Positions 41,324 to 57,625 of a stretch of DNA of 64,000 nt are shown one piece after another (position 1 is the stretch's first letter; each line of letters opens with the position of its first letter). The stretch is taken from assembly GCF_009914755.1 (NCBI RefSeq), contig NC_060929.1; one strand, 5' to 3'. The notes under the pieces are model-generated. The model saw only the letters and a program-made list of their open reading frames with translations. It had not been told where the DNA came from and made no database searches. The translations under genes and the position numbers were made by a program. The DNA is from the human T2T-CHM13v2.0 reference genome, Homo sapiens.

Positions 41324-42605
41324 GTAAGGGGCACACTCTGCATCATTGATTTTTATGGGAGCGCACATTTTATGTGGCTGAATTGTAATGATGATTTGTT
41401 TCCCAACCGCCTCCTGCTGCCCCCACCCCTGCAAAATTTATGCCAGACAGCCCTTAATAACTACATTTCTGGTGACTAAATCAAAATAATTGGTGACTAA
41501 GTCCAGATTTATGATGAACACAGTGAATCATGGGCTCCTCTTGTCTGGAGTAGAGCATCGGGAGACCGGGGCCGTCTGAGCAGTTGACACCTTTGCTCCC
41601 CAGCTCTGTGAAAAAGGAAAAACAATACAGGCAGGATCTAATTATGAGGAGCAAATCATTTAAAAAGTACATCTAGGACAGGAAATGCAGTTACACAGAA
41701 TGAGTCACCTACCACACATCTAAATTCCAGATGGAAACGGACATTTGGAGAATTGGCGTGACCTGAGGCAGAGCCCTACATGAGGCTGCTGTACAGCAAC
41801 ATCAGCTCTGCATTCCTCTTAAGCTTTAGCTCTCCTGGGGTTTCTAAGGCTTCGTCATTCTTGCCCCACTTTTATGGTTTTAGTTATGTTTGACTACCAC
41901 TTGTACTGTTATTTACCAAATATAGTTTCTTTTAATCAACCTGCTTTACATAATGTATGTTTTTCATCAAAGGCGATTTAAATTCCTGTGAAAATGGCAA
42001 TTTGATATGCCAGTTTTCTTTTTATTAAAATATAAAATTTTAAGAGTATACCGTGCATAACCCCTATGTACCATAGCTAACCTCAGTGTTTCAGGTTTCT
42101 CACTTCAAGATGCTCTGATCTGTAATCGCAGACCTGCTTACTCTCCAACTAGTCCCCTGGCACTGCTTGCAAAGCGGTGGAGTGGAGGATGTTTTACTGA
42201 GCTCACTGTTTTTTTTTTTTTTTTAACCTGGCACTGCGGCTAGCTAGCCAGCCAGTGATCTTGGGCAAGCATTTTCCCCAGAGCCTTAGTTTTATTATGT
42301 GCAAAATGAAGGACTCATACCTGGTTAATTCATGAAATCCTCTACTGCTCTAAAATGCTCTGATTCTACTTGTGGGGGCATTTCTGACATCATGGTGTTT
42401 CTGTTAAGGCAGTAAGGATCCTTCAACCTTACTGCAAAGTGTGTCTTTGTCCTCAGCTGTAGCCTGCCCTCTCTTTTGGTGTCAGATGACAGAAATCTGA
42501 TCTAAACTGGTAGAAGAAGGAAAAGAAAAGGTACTTTATTGGTGTAACTGAAGAGCTTATGAATAGATCGCTTCAGGCATAGCTGGATCCAGGAACTCAA
42601 ATCAG

Positions 42606-42707
42606 TTTGTCTCTTTCTTGCTCCTATGTCCTCATGCTGGCTTACTATGAAGAATTTGTCTCTTTCTTGCTCAGCCCCTATGTCTTCATGCTGGCTTACT
42701 AAGAAGA
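42606..42707. repeat. ~50-bp tandem duplication within an old MLT1-like fragment
   Basis: tttgtctctttcttgctc..ctatgtc(c/t)tcatgctggcttacta(t/a)gaaga twice. Confidence 0.85.
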
Positions 42708-43649
42708 TGGCTGTCCAACTAGTTGGCAAATTATCAGCCAGCTGTTCCAAGCTTGCATCCTACCAACTTAGCAACCAGTGGAAAGAATGTACCTCTTTCC
42801 CATTAGTTTCAGCAGAAGCCCCAGGAGCTTTAATATAGGTCACGTCCTCATCTCCATAGTCTTTACTCTGGGCAGGGAGAGATGATTATCTGATCTACCA
42901 GGTCCTATGAATAACTTTGGAGCCAAAGGGAAATTGCCCTGCCCTAATCACAGCCCTGAGGATGGATGAGGAGAGTCAGTTAGAGAGAATGGATGCTCGG
43001 TTTCTCCTCCTGTCTGCTCTCTGACTCCCCTCTCTATCTAGATGCAGTCAGTGGTTGATTATTACCCAAGCAATTTTAATGGCCCCTGCCCAGTGCCTGG
43101 AGTGTTTGACGTATTTTCTGTAACTAGGGTATGAGCTTGATTGGAGTAGCTTTTCTCAGCCCTCTCCTACACTCCCACTTCTATAATCCCCATTCTAGTG
43201 TAGGAGTTCTTTACCTTGGTTTTGGGACCTTTAGTGGCTGATTTAAGGAAAGGTTTCAGAGGATCCAGGATACCTCTGGAATCACAGGATTTGAGGATTC
43301 TTCAGTTATGTATCTGTACATATGAGTATGCTTATGAAAAGAGGGTGGATATTTCATGAGATTCTCAGATCCTACAGAGACCCAATCACTGCTGTCTGGT
43401 TTTGTAGGCATGGTAGACATTCAATACATGCATGTCAAATCCAAACCTAATTGCTGAATTCCACAGCCACGGCTCTGACCCTTTCCTTTTGGCCTCTGCT
43501 AAGCCATGGTGCTCTTGGATGCCTCCCTGGCCCTCTGACCTCCCAGTCTGCTTTGCCTGGAGGTATTTGCCCTGGTGCTGCACGCGAGGAACCTCTGCTG
43601 TCTGAGTGTTGTGCAGCACTGGCTTGCTTGCCATTTTAGGCCTTCCTGA

Positions 43650-43835
<186 letters not shown>

Positions 43836-44581
43836 TAAGACATTTCCCATTTCTTTCCATTCTCTTCAACCACACCCTTTGTCATCAAGGGCTGCTGGAG
43901 CTCAGAGGGTACCAGTTCCCTGAGTTAGTGATAGGCAGGTGGAGCCTCCCAAGGGAAGCTCAGGGTGAGAATCACTGGCTCAGTGCCCAGGCACTCAAAA
44001 CCAAACAGCTCTTCAGCCATTCATTCATCAGATGTTATTTATGCCACAGACATTTATTGGTGGCCTGGCAGAGGCTGGCACTGTGCTAGGTGTGGAGGAT
44101 GAAGTAGTGAACAAGATGGGCCCTGTCTTCATGGAGCTCATAGTATAGATGGGGAATTAAACAGATAATCAACAAAAGATTAATGCATTAATTACAAGTG
44201 CAGCAGAAACCACGAAGCTGTGAAGCAGCAGCATTTCAGGAGCGTGTGGCAGGGAATCCTAACCTGGTTCTCATGGATAGACGTATCCATGACTTAGGAG
44301 GAGGGCAATAAGGGAGGTCAATGTCCTCTCCTCTCCTGTTCCAAAAGGAGTCTTCCAGAAAGCAGGGCTCCAGTTTGAGAGCATCATCAGTACTTAATAG
44401 CCCTAAGGATGGTCCAGGTAATGAGGCTAGTGACTTTGCTGAAGGCGTGTGATAACGACTTAGCAGGAGCAACTCAAGTCTTTACCCTTGCTAAGCAGAT
44501 ATGCATGTTGAAAGCTTTGGAATCCTACCTTTATAAGCATCTTCCTGGAGAATAAGAAATGGCCTCTACCTGTAGCATTGA

Positions 44582-44950
<369 letters not shown>

Positions 44951-45361
44951 TAGCTTTCCTTCCAGACAGACCACTGGGAAGAATGGGAACATATGATCTA
45001 CAGGGATAAGTCACATTTTCTGAAGAAAATTGGAGGCATGTCCTGGTGCCCAAAAGCAGAGAGGAATTGATACATCCTGAATATCTCCGGTGTTCCGGGG
45101 GCACTTTAATAAGTTACCTTGTTTGATTTCATTCTTAATCCAGGCCTGAGAGATAGGTGTTGTCATCCTCACTTTGGGCTTAGAGAAGTGGGATAATTTG
45201 CCAGAGGCTGACACCGCTAGAAATCATTAGCGGGATTCCGACCCAGAGATCGCCTGTTCCAGAGGCCCTGTGGGCTGGGTGGCTGCATCTGTGGCTGTAT
45301 GACTCTGTTCCCAGTGATCTCCAGAAAGACAGAGGGGAGAGGTGGCGGGAGGGCCGACTGA

Positions 45362-45553
<192 letters not shown>

Positions 45554-46103
45554 TGACCTTCCCCTGGGGACATAGGGGCCAATTCAGCTTGTCTAATTCA
45601 TTTTCCTTCTAAAGAGTCAACTCCTTCCTTTTTTACTGCCTCTCTCCATTTCTGTCCCTGAAGGTAACCACTAAAAATGATGTCTGTATATCCAAAAACT
45701 TCTATGCATTAACAAAATAGACACAAGCATGTAAATATAAACACATACCCCTTCTCCCCACAAATGGGGTCATATTTTATATTCCTTTACTTAATATACT
45801 TTATATAGTATTCTACAACTTGTTTTTATCACTTAATAATTTATTGTGGCCATCATTTATATTTTATACATGCAGAACAGTTGCACTCTTTCTGGGAGAA
45901 TATTGTCATTCTCTTATATTTTTAAGCTTTTTTTTTTATATTACCAAAGGAATTTGTGTTCATTGTAAAATATTCAAATGGCCTGAAAAGGTATAAAGTG
46001 AAATGTTAAAAGTTCCTTTATATCTTTGTCTCCAGAAGTAGCCACTACATTTCCAAATGTGTGTATAATTTTAAAAAATGAGTTTATATAATATTAAACA
46101 AAA

Positions 46104-46696
46104 ATTATAGGAGGGCATTGTTTTGGACTAAGTTCCTGCACCAGCCCCCAACAAACCAGACTGAAAATCAAAATGGAGTCAGCTATGCTAAAGGGTCATG
46201 TCATCAAACCTAAACTAAACTGTTATCTGATCTTGCAAGAAATTCGGAGAGGGGAGAGAGGGCGGCGGGCGGGGGCAGGGAGAGAGAGAGAGAGAGAAAG
46301 AAAGGAAGGAACGAAAGAAAAGACAAGAAAAAGAAGGAGAGAAAGAAAGAAAGAAAGAAAGAGAAACAGCCTATTTTCCAGACAGGCCATTTTCAATTTT
46401 CAATGGGCATGATAATGAAGTTCCTGAAGTAACCTGATGTTAACAATCAGTCACTTTTCTATTTTTCTGTTTCCCTGTTTCAGCCTTATGAGGGCTATAA
46501 CTTTGAAATAACCAATTCACTCTGTCTTGCTTCTACTTCCTTCAGGCCTTCTCTGTCTATAAAGCCAACCTCTTCTGCTCAGCTCTTTGGAATACTGATT
46601 CTATTTTATGGAATGAAGCATTGCCCGATTCTAGAATTGCAATAGAGCCAAGTGAGGTCTTCAAACTAAATTTGTTGTAATTTTGTCTTTTGACAA
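46104..46696 (+). mobile_element. MER31-like ERV1 LTR with internal GA-rich simple repeat (approx. 46248-46365)
   Basis: aggagggcattgttttggactaagttcctgcac; aaaatggagtc; ctataaagccaacctcttctgctcagctc; ends gtcttttgaca. Confidence 0.72.
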
Positions 46697-46883
46697 TGGT
46701 AATACTCTTTTGAAACTTCTCTTTGTGTCTTAAACCTGTGTCTTGGACTTCCGTTCACGATGGCTCTCACTGACTGGCTGTTTCTTTCCACATTTGTCTG
46801 GCGGTTGTCTCCTAGGGCCTGTGCTGTCATTTATTTGTCCATGCTTTACCTGAGACTTCAGTTACTTGTGTAACCCCTTGTAG

Positions 46884-47212
<329 letters not shown>

Positions 47213-47670
47213 CAGATTTTCTATTTTTCTTACCTCCCTTCCTGAAGATCCTCTGCAGCTCCCTCCTAACCCTGTGTCCCTAGGACACATGGAAAGTTGC
47301 TCTATTCTGCTCCTACACAGTGAAATATCGGCAGATGTATATGTTTGGTTGTTTTCATGGGACAGGATCAATTCAATTGGAGCTTTCCTTTGCCTTCCCA
47401 GAAGGTGTCACTAGAGGATGAAAATTAAATGACTTTTAATGTCGAGAAAAACATGGCCAATTTTGAGTGTCCCTACTTCCCTTTTTGCAACTGATTTCCT
47501 AGCATCCCTTCATCCCCGTGTTACCTACTTCTCCAGCCTCCCTGATGAGGGAAAAATGCTTTCTCTAAGCAATTCTGATTTTAATTAATACCAATCCAGG
47601 TGGGAGAGCTTCTTCTCACCCTCCATCCCCTCTAGTTAGTCAGCGTCTCTCCTGCTGTAATCCACACTAA

Positions 47671-47943
<273 letters not shown>

Positions 47944-48067
47944 TGAATAATGTGTTCAACACCTTTTGAGCTTGGTTAGTGCAGTGTTCCATAATAAGAC
48001 CTTGTGATATTTCCTTACACCAAAGCAGTTTTTCAATGTCTGTTCCTTTCCTTTCACAACTTCTTCT

Positions 48068-48111
48068 TGTATGTATGTATGTATGTATGTATGTATTTAT
48101 TTATTTATTTA
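48068..48111. repeat. (TATG)n(TATT)n compound microsatellite
   Basis: Directly visible. Confidence 0.9.
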
Positions 48112-50019
48112 CTTTTGCTTGGTCTCAGCTTATAGGTTAGCTTTCTGCAGTTAAAATGTTCTCACTGAAACCTGAGCTGGTTTATTCAGGCAAAGTCCAT
48201 GGTAAGAAAGAGGATCAATACAGTGCCTTGGGCTGGTGTGGAGGCTCAGGATGTGCTTAAAGCAGGCATTCTCAACACTTAATCTAACTCCCCAGCGCTC
48301 AGCCAGAAATGCTGGTGGAAAGCCTTATTCGTAAATTGGTCTCCAGAGAGCTAGCAGGGTGTATTCAGGAATGCAAAGCGCATTGCTATATTTATACAGC
48401 ATATGTCCTGTCCAATATTTGTCATGTGTGTTTATATTTATTTGCTTGTATTTTCTTTAAGGTTGTCAGTGCTGTGTCCAGTGTGTAGGAGGGTTTTGTT
48501 TCTCAGTTCCTCCTGACAGAGTAGTTAGCTGAAAAGAAAATCAGCTCTCAGGAGAAATTTTAGCATGGGCGAATATTCCTCTTAGGCCACTGTGAGTGAT
48601 CAAATAGCCAAGCAGGGCGGGTGTGTTCATCAGAGAGGGGATGTGAAGATGGAAGAGGCATCATTTTTGTCCTTGGGGCCTGGAGATCAGACTGATACTT
48701 TGTACCCAAGAATAACTAACATTCACAGGGGAATTACCATGTGTCAGGCTGTGTGATAGTATGACACATTTCCTTTATTATGCCCCATTTTACAGATAGG
48801 GAAACAAAACCCGTGTCACTTACAGTAACTCGCCCAAAGCCATAATGTTAGCATATGTCAGAGATGGGGTTTGACTGGTTCCAGGCCCTCTGAGACACTT
48901 CACTACAATGCCCGTACATGTAGCAAAATTCTCCAATTTATTTCTCATTTTAAAAAATGAGGCTAATAACCACTGCTGGCAAATTTGGGAAGATTCATAA
49001 TCGTTTTTTAAATGTAAAGAAATCCTCACAATTGCCTTTTTGTTCATAAAGACTGGTCATGTTAATTAGTATCTATTTGAACAAAATCTAAGCATTGAAC
49101 GCATCCTCCTTTTGTTGCAGTCTGAAACTTTTTCCAAAAAATAAAATAAGTGAGAAATACTTGACTCAAAGGAACATAAAGGAGCGGAGGGTTTTTATCT
49201 GAAAGGGAAATTGCAATTCCCAAATGTAGAGACCATTGCTTTGAAGTTACTTTTATCCAACTTCCCTGGTAGAGAACTTTTTAACCTCAGCTTCATTTTT
49301 GAAACATTGATACGCTTACCTTCCATGTTGCCAAAGGACAAATTAAAAGACACAGTTAACAGGCAAGCAGCCATCTTATCTCCTGTCTGAGCCACTCTTT
49401 CTTCCACTTTTGTCACCCTTTCAAGTCACTACCGAGCAGGCTGAGCAGATGCACTTATCCAAGATGAGTAGGTAAGCAGGTATTCTGGGGGCTGACATGG
49501 AAAGGGAACTGTGGGGCATGGTGATGATTTGTGGTTTCCTCTATTAGGGAAATTCTGGGGGAGTTCAGTTGACTGACTATTGAAAATTGCTTAGGAAGCC
49601 TGTGGGAGGCTTTTCTTTCTCTATTTGTAGAAATAAATATTACTGCCTAATTAAGTGTCAGTCAGTACATTCAAACACTTCTGTTTGATATTGGTGGGCT
49701 CCTGTGGAAATGGTCCCCTTTAGAAATATTGATTTCTCCTCCTGCTCTAGGTGCATGCACACTGTCTTTGGCAGAGCAGGACCAGAGGGCAGAGGAGGTT
49801 AGGCCTGCTCATGGCTCACCTTGGGGTGTCAAGGGCCTTGCTCAGGAGGGGTCATAGCAGAGAAGCTAATGGGGTGGGCTCTGGGGTCAGGCAGACAGGG
49901 TTCAAATTCCAGCCTCCCCTCATATTAGCTGTGTGATCTTAGGCAAGTTTATTCATGTGTAAAAAGAAATAATAACCTCTTCTCGTGGGGTTGCAGGTTA
50001 AACAAAAGAGTAGGTATTA

Positions 50020-50148
50020 AAACAACTAAAAGAGTATGATTGGATTGTTTATAACACAAAGGATAAATGCTTGAGGACATGGATCCCCATCTTCCATGAT
50101 GTGATTTTTATGCATTGTATGCCTCTATCAAAACATCTCATTTACTCC

Positions 50149-50211
<63 letters not shown>

Positions 50212-50270
50212 CACACACTATGTGCCCACAAAAATTAAAAATTTTAAAATTAAAAAATTTTAAAAATAAA
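50020..50270 (+). mobile_element. L1 3'-end fragment containing a (TG)n microsatellite (approx. 50156-50202)
   Basis: ataacacaaaggataaatgcttgagg; catgatgtgatt; tatcaaaacatctcat; cccacaaaaattaaaa. Confidence 0.8.
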
Positions 50271-50276
50271 CATGCT

Positions 50277-50575
50277 GCTGGGCACAGCGGCTCACACCTG
50301 TAATCCCAGCACTTTGGGAGGCCAAGGGGGGCAGATCACTTGAGGTCAGGAGTTTGAGACCAGCCTGGCCAAGAAGGTGAAACCTTGTCTTTACTGAAAA
50401 TACAAAAATTAGCTGAGTGTGGTGGCAAGCACCTGTAATCCCAGCTACTCAGGAGGCTGAGGCACGAGAATTGCTTGAACCCTGGAGGCAGAGGTTGCAG
50501 TGAGCTGAGATCGCACCCCAGCCACTCCAGCCTGGCCGACAAAGTGAGACCCTTTCTCAACAAACAGACAAAACA
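50277..50575 (+). mobile_element. AluS
   Basis: Full dimer gctgggcacagcggctcacacctgtaatcccagc... Confidence 0.92.
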
Positions 50576-53474
50576 CGCCATAGGTATAAGGCACCTGGTA
50601 TTGCAGTAAGTACCCAGCAACAGGAAGGAGGGTCACATTCAGAGAAGAGGACCAAGTGCAGGGTGAAGCCCTCTGAGGGACCTGAGGGAGTCAAACAGGC
50701 AATCCAGCCAGAAGCAAATTCTGGTGAAAGAGAAAGGCTTAGATGCTGGGCCAAGAAACCTCTGTTTTTCTGAGACCACCCAACTTGAGGCGGTGGAGGC
50801 AGGGGATAGGGGAAGTATGGGATAGTGGTTAAGACCATGACCCCTGGGGCCAGACAGCCAGGTGCAAAGCCCAGCTCTGCCTGAATTAGTAAGAGGATGT
50901 TGAGGCAGTTACATAACCTCTCTAAGCCTGAGAGTCTCTGTCTGAAAATAGGACCAGCAATGGCACTTTGCTCTTGTGAATATCAGATGAGGTAATCTAC
51001 ATAATAGGTGTGCATTAAATTTAGCTATTATTATTAGAAGGGTATACTGAGCTCCCAGCCTGATTCCTACCTTAGGCATGCTAATCGACATCCCATGATG
51101 TGGTCTTGTGAGAGGAGAACACTGTCTTTCCTAAAGTGTGTTCACATCCCTGGTGTCATCTCTTTCTCACCTGATTCCTACCAAGTAAACAGGACATGTG
51201 TTAGGAGCCTGGTTTTTCTTCCTGCAGAGATGTTTCTTCTAAGGCCAAGCCAACATGAAAGCCTCCAGGCTTCCTGATCCATACTCAGATTTTCTTCAAC
51301 TGACCTGAAGTCTCCCACACCTATGAGGGGCTCTCACTGTTAATTGGGGGCCATGGGGATAGGCAATGTAGAAAATTATGGAACAGTGTTATTTGAGATA
51401 TATACCAGTGTATATTTTCCCTAGAACTGGGCTCAGTCCCTGGTCACAATGCTCTCTCAGTGCACTTCCCAACACTGTTATTTCTCTGAAGTGCTGAGGC
51501 CTATGGCACTATCTTTGGCTTTTCTCTGACTGGTACTGAGACTTTTTTCTCCAGCCTTAGGAAATCAAAAATTTTCATCATCAGTACAGTTTTGTGAGAT
51601 CCAGTTGCCTGCCATGCGGCAGTTTTACTTTCACCAGAGATATATGTGTAGTTTCTGATTTGGTAAGCTACATGGGATTTACTGTAACTACAGAAACTCT
51701 AAGCCCATAAATGTCAACAGATATAAATCTTTGTAGGCTGGAAGGCATCTAGGTTCTTATAGAAGGAACACTGGATGAGTATTTAGAGGGTCTGTGATGT
51801 TGTCCTGGCTTTGCCACTTTTTGGGCAAGTGGTTTAATCTCTCAGGGACTCAGGTCACCCAGCTGTGAAATGGGGATGCTGACAGTAAGCATCAGAGGTG
51901 GCTATGAGGACTGAATTAAGCGAGGTGGTGTGTGTGCAGGGCTTAGTGTGATGCTGGACACAAAGCCCACTCTAAATGGTTAGAAAGACTTTGGAAGCAT
52001 GTTTTTAGCTCAGTGCCTCGGGAAGTTCTGGAAGGCTTCATCCCATGGAAAAACAAGGAGAGCTGTGTGTCTTCACTCAGTTCTGGTTCATTGGTTACAC
52101 TTGTTTTTCTTTTAAAGATACATTCTGAAAGGACTGCTGTGTATTCTGTTTTCAAATGGATCGATTTGGCTGCAAGTACTGTCAGTCAATATTGAAACTG
52201 AGCTCATTCCTTTTCCATACCTCGGAAGCACAAGGGGAGATTTCCAGTGTGAAGGGCGAGTCTTCCTTTCCCCAGGTTAGCATGGTTGGCCAGGGCTCAC
52301 GGAGTGCCTGTATGTGGCCAGCTTTGGTGATTCAGCCTGCTGAAGGTCAAGGACCCACGGGAGAATCTGATTGAATCTCATGAGAGGCATGACTCGCTCA
52401 CCATCAACATGCCGAGAGGCACACAGTTTGCAATTTCAGGGGCTGGGGCTCCAAAACCAAATCTTATGAATCTGGCAATTTGAGGATTGAAAATTGTTTG
52501 GCCTAATATAAAAACCACACTTCGGGCCCCTTCTGGGTAATCCTAGCTTGGATCTTGTTTGGGGGCCAAACGGCTGGAATGACCATAGAAGTAGGCATTG
52601 TTGTATGTGACCAGGAGGTCATTCCTTGTGAGTCAGCTCCTTTCTGAACCTCTGAGGGTGATTTTTATGGCAAGGAATAAATGTCCCACTTGGACATGTG
52701 TGCTCTGTGCTCACTCTCTGCTCAGAAAGCCCCTCCCACATTTCTGCTGTGTGCCAACTTGGAAACTTTCTTCAAGATTCTCAACTGTCATTGCCTCCAA
52801 CAAATCTTCCCTGATTCCTCACCTGTCCTTGTGTCCTTCCTCTGTGCCCAACAGTAGTGTGTACACATGTCTGTCATCACGTTGCCTTGCTGTCATGACG
52901 TGTTCCCTAATGTTTCCTGCACAAAACTGTGAGCTCACGTCAGGTTCAATGTCTGACCCATTCCTATACCCCAGTGCACAGCATGGAGTACCAAGAAGAT
53001 GTTTCCATTATTGTGACCTGAACTGAGCCTCCTCCCCGGAACCCCCTCACCCCAGACTTGTTCTTTAAGGCAGGTGCTCATGTGTCTCTCTGAAGCCTGT
53101 GCTCTCTCCTTTTGTCCAGCACTGCCCACCGCCCTGACGTGTTAGCTGTAGAAATTCATCGCAAAGAGTTGCTGCTTGGCTGATCTGAGCCTGTTAGTAA
53201 ACTTTCTGCACATTCACATTTAGGAAACAAATAGGATTAATAAGACTGGCAGTGTGCAGTAACTCCAAGGCTGGTTGTCACTTACAGTAAGGCAGCCACA
53301 TCAATGCCCTGGTGCACTCCAGTGGTTTCCAGAATGGAAGTAATGGAATTTCTGTAGTTAAGTGCCTGTCAGTCCTGTGGCTGGGGCACTCCTGTGTAAA
53401 TCTGTAATAGAGAAGGAGCCATTATGGGCACCTGGCATGAGGGCTAGGGAAGGCAGGGTTGGCCCAGGCCCTAA

Positions 53475-53741
<267 letters not shown>

Positions 53742-53943
53742 TAATTTATGTATTGCTTACAACAGCCGTGTGAGGTTTGTACTAATATTTCCTTCATTTT
53801 ATAGTTGAGGAAACTGGCACTGAACAGGGAAGTAGCCTGACCACGACCACGCTGCTAGGAAATATCAGAGCTGGGATTCAAACCTGAGCAGTCTGGCTCT
53901 GGGTCTGTGCTCATCCCCGCAAGCTGAGGGAGCAGAATACTGA

Positions 53944-54270
<327 letters not shown>

Positions 54271-54801
54271 TAATGAGAGCAGTTGAGCAAGGCAGTTCTG
54301 TGCATAGACCCTAGGCCCAGAGAGTCTGGGTTCGTATTCCAGCCCTAATGCTCACCAATGGTGTGACCTTGGGCAAGTCATTCACCTGCTCTGTGCCCTG
54401 GTTTCCTCACCTGTAAAATGGGAGCAATAGGTTGACTGTGGAAGTAAAAGGACTTAATACACATAATACTGTCAGACAAGTCCTTGGAAGAGAGTACTTA
54501 TTCAATTAATACAACTCTTGATTATACTTGGCAGTTATCTCAGTCTGCAAAATTGAACTAGATTTTGCATTCCTTCAAGATGCCCTTCAAACACTTGACC
54601 CTTGCCTGTTTTTTAACCACCCCTCTACAGGCAGTCTAATTGGTAGTGGCAGGCAGCTTTGTGCCTCTCTGTGTAGTTGTGGGGAGAAGGCAGAGGGAAG
54701 GTATAGTTGTTCCAGATATCTGTTGCAGTCTCCCTCCAGGTCCTTCTCATATGGCATCTCCCCGCAAAATGTTTTGTGGAATACTAAGTGGTGTTTTATT
54801 A

Positions 54802-55130
<329 letters not shown>

Positions 55131-57214
55131 TCATACGTTAAATGTATTAAAATAACATTTCCTGGTCAAATGTGAGAAACTTGAGAACAAATATAGAAGT
55201 TAAAGGCTTCCTTATGTCAAGTTCTTAGAGCCCTTGAGATGTAAATGTGCTCTGCAGACCTGCAAAAGGAAATAAGAATGCAGAGCACGTCCCAAAACTC
55301 GTTGACTACCGAGCATTTTCCTTTTTCCTAGTGTCATATCCTGGGGCTAGGATTCTGTTGAACATATTTTAGAAATTCTTTGTTTTAGCCAAAGCAGGTG
55401 GGAGGCTTGATGGATCAATGTGATTGTGAACAACATATGAGAATATATTATGTTTCTCTTCATGAAATATCTAACTCAATTCTGAGGCCAGTCATGAACA
55501 TACTGGAGGGACATAGAGTGACAGAAAAACTTCTTTAGCTCTAGTTTATAGCAGAAGTCACCATCTGTAAGAGCTTAGGGTCCTTGGAGGCACCTCTCTG
55601 AATCTGAAATGACCCCCTAGCATGTGTCTGGTGGTATTGTCAGCCAGTGGAAATGGAGGCCAGGTGGGTGAGCACCCTGGTTCCCTTGATCACCCTTCCT
55701 TGGTGCAGGATGTAACCAAAGTGGAATTGTCAAATAGTCCTCTTGTGGGTGGTGCCCAGTTCATCAAGCTGCACCATTCTACTCAGCAATGAGGAGTGAC
55801 AGAGCTTGCAAGCCAATGTGAGCCTATCACAGGCTGTATAATGCCTGAAAGATGCCCTTTTGGAATAATTCCTTGACAGAAGTGACATTAACTACAAATA
55901 TTACATTACCAGATCGTCACACTAAGCAGAAAGGAATAACCTGCATTGGAATAAGGATTTGGAATTAATTCAGTGAACACTGCAGCTTGATCATAGCTTC
56001 AGATATCTCTGCCTTATCATTAGCAGCATTCTTTATTCCCCCCGGGCTCTGACTCCAAACACAAGATGCACACTTGACTTCCTTTTCAGTGAGAGCTATT
56101 CAAACCCCAGCGGTTCTCCACTTATTACACATATTATTACTTTGCTCAGTGTGTCTCCCCATACCCAATGCCTTCGAATTGATGACCCGGTCAACTCTGT
56201 GGTCAGAAAGTTAATGTACCAGGTCAGGTTTCCCTTCTCTGTTCTCTCTTGCACCTCAGTTGTATCTCCTTGCTAGCCCTTGTCACAGGGCTGTTACACA
56301 TTGCCCCATGTGTAACACGGAACAATGAGCTCTTTGAGTGTGAGGACTCTGCCTTGTATCAGCATGGCCAGCACCCCACATGATTGTAGCTTCTAGTGAA
56401 CATTCAACACTCAGGGAAAGAATGAATTGGCTGCAGTTACCCATGAGACCCTCAGTTCCTTTGCTCTGCCTGAAACATAGACAGGATGGTGGACCTCCTC
56501 AGGCTCAAGCCTCATTTTCTGCAACAGAAAGTGCCCCCAAGTATACATTTGTTTTGGCGTTTAATAGGCATCTGTACAGTACAAATGTATTCCTTTTTAA
56601 AATCAGTGTCCTTCTCTCAGGTAGCTAACCTTCTCCGCATTGGCCTGAATCTCAGATTGCAGAGGAGCTGTGAGACTTTGGGAGGTGGGCAGCACAGAGC
56701 CAGGCTGAAAGCATCACAATCAGTGGTACCAGTGGGTCATTCACTGGACAGGGATGCCTGGGTGACCAGTGGGTTGTTGTCTTAGCTCAGTGTCCTTGGA
56801 ATCAAAAACATCTGGACATGTGTCTGATCAAGGGTGAGATGAGCCCTAGGATTTTTCCAAATATTATTGGATTAAAGCATTTTTATTAATTTGCATAAAT
56901 GAGATTCCTCAAGCAAACCCCCTAACAACCATTGTTAATTTGCTAAGCCCTGCTGCAATTGCCAGAACTCCTGGAGTGTGTAAGGAAAATGTGCATTGTG
57001 CAGTTTGCAGTGCATCAAATCCTGTGCTAAAGTTATGTGACTTTTATATCAATTTGGGGAGACTCATTTTTCCTCACTATAATTTACAGACCTCTTTTCA
57101 TTGGCTGGGAATGCAATTTGCCAAATGGATTACATTTGGTACTTTATTTTCTCTTCATAGCTAGTTCTTCTGTAATTTATTTACAGTTCATCAGCCTCAA
57201 TGGATGGGTTGTAA

Positions 57215-57625
<411 letters not shown>

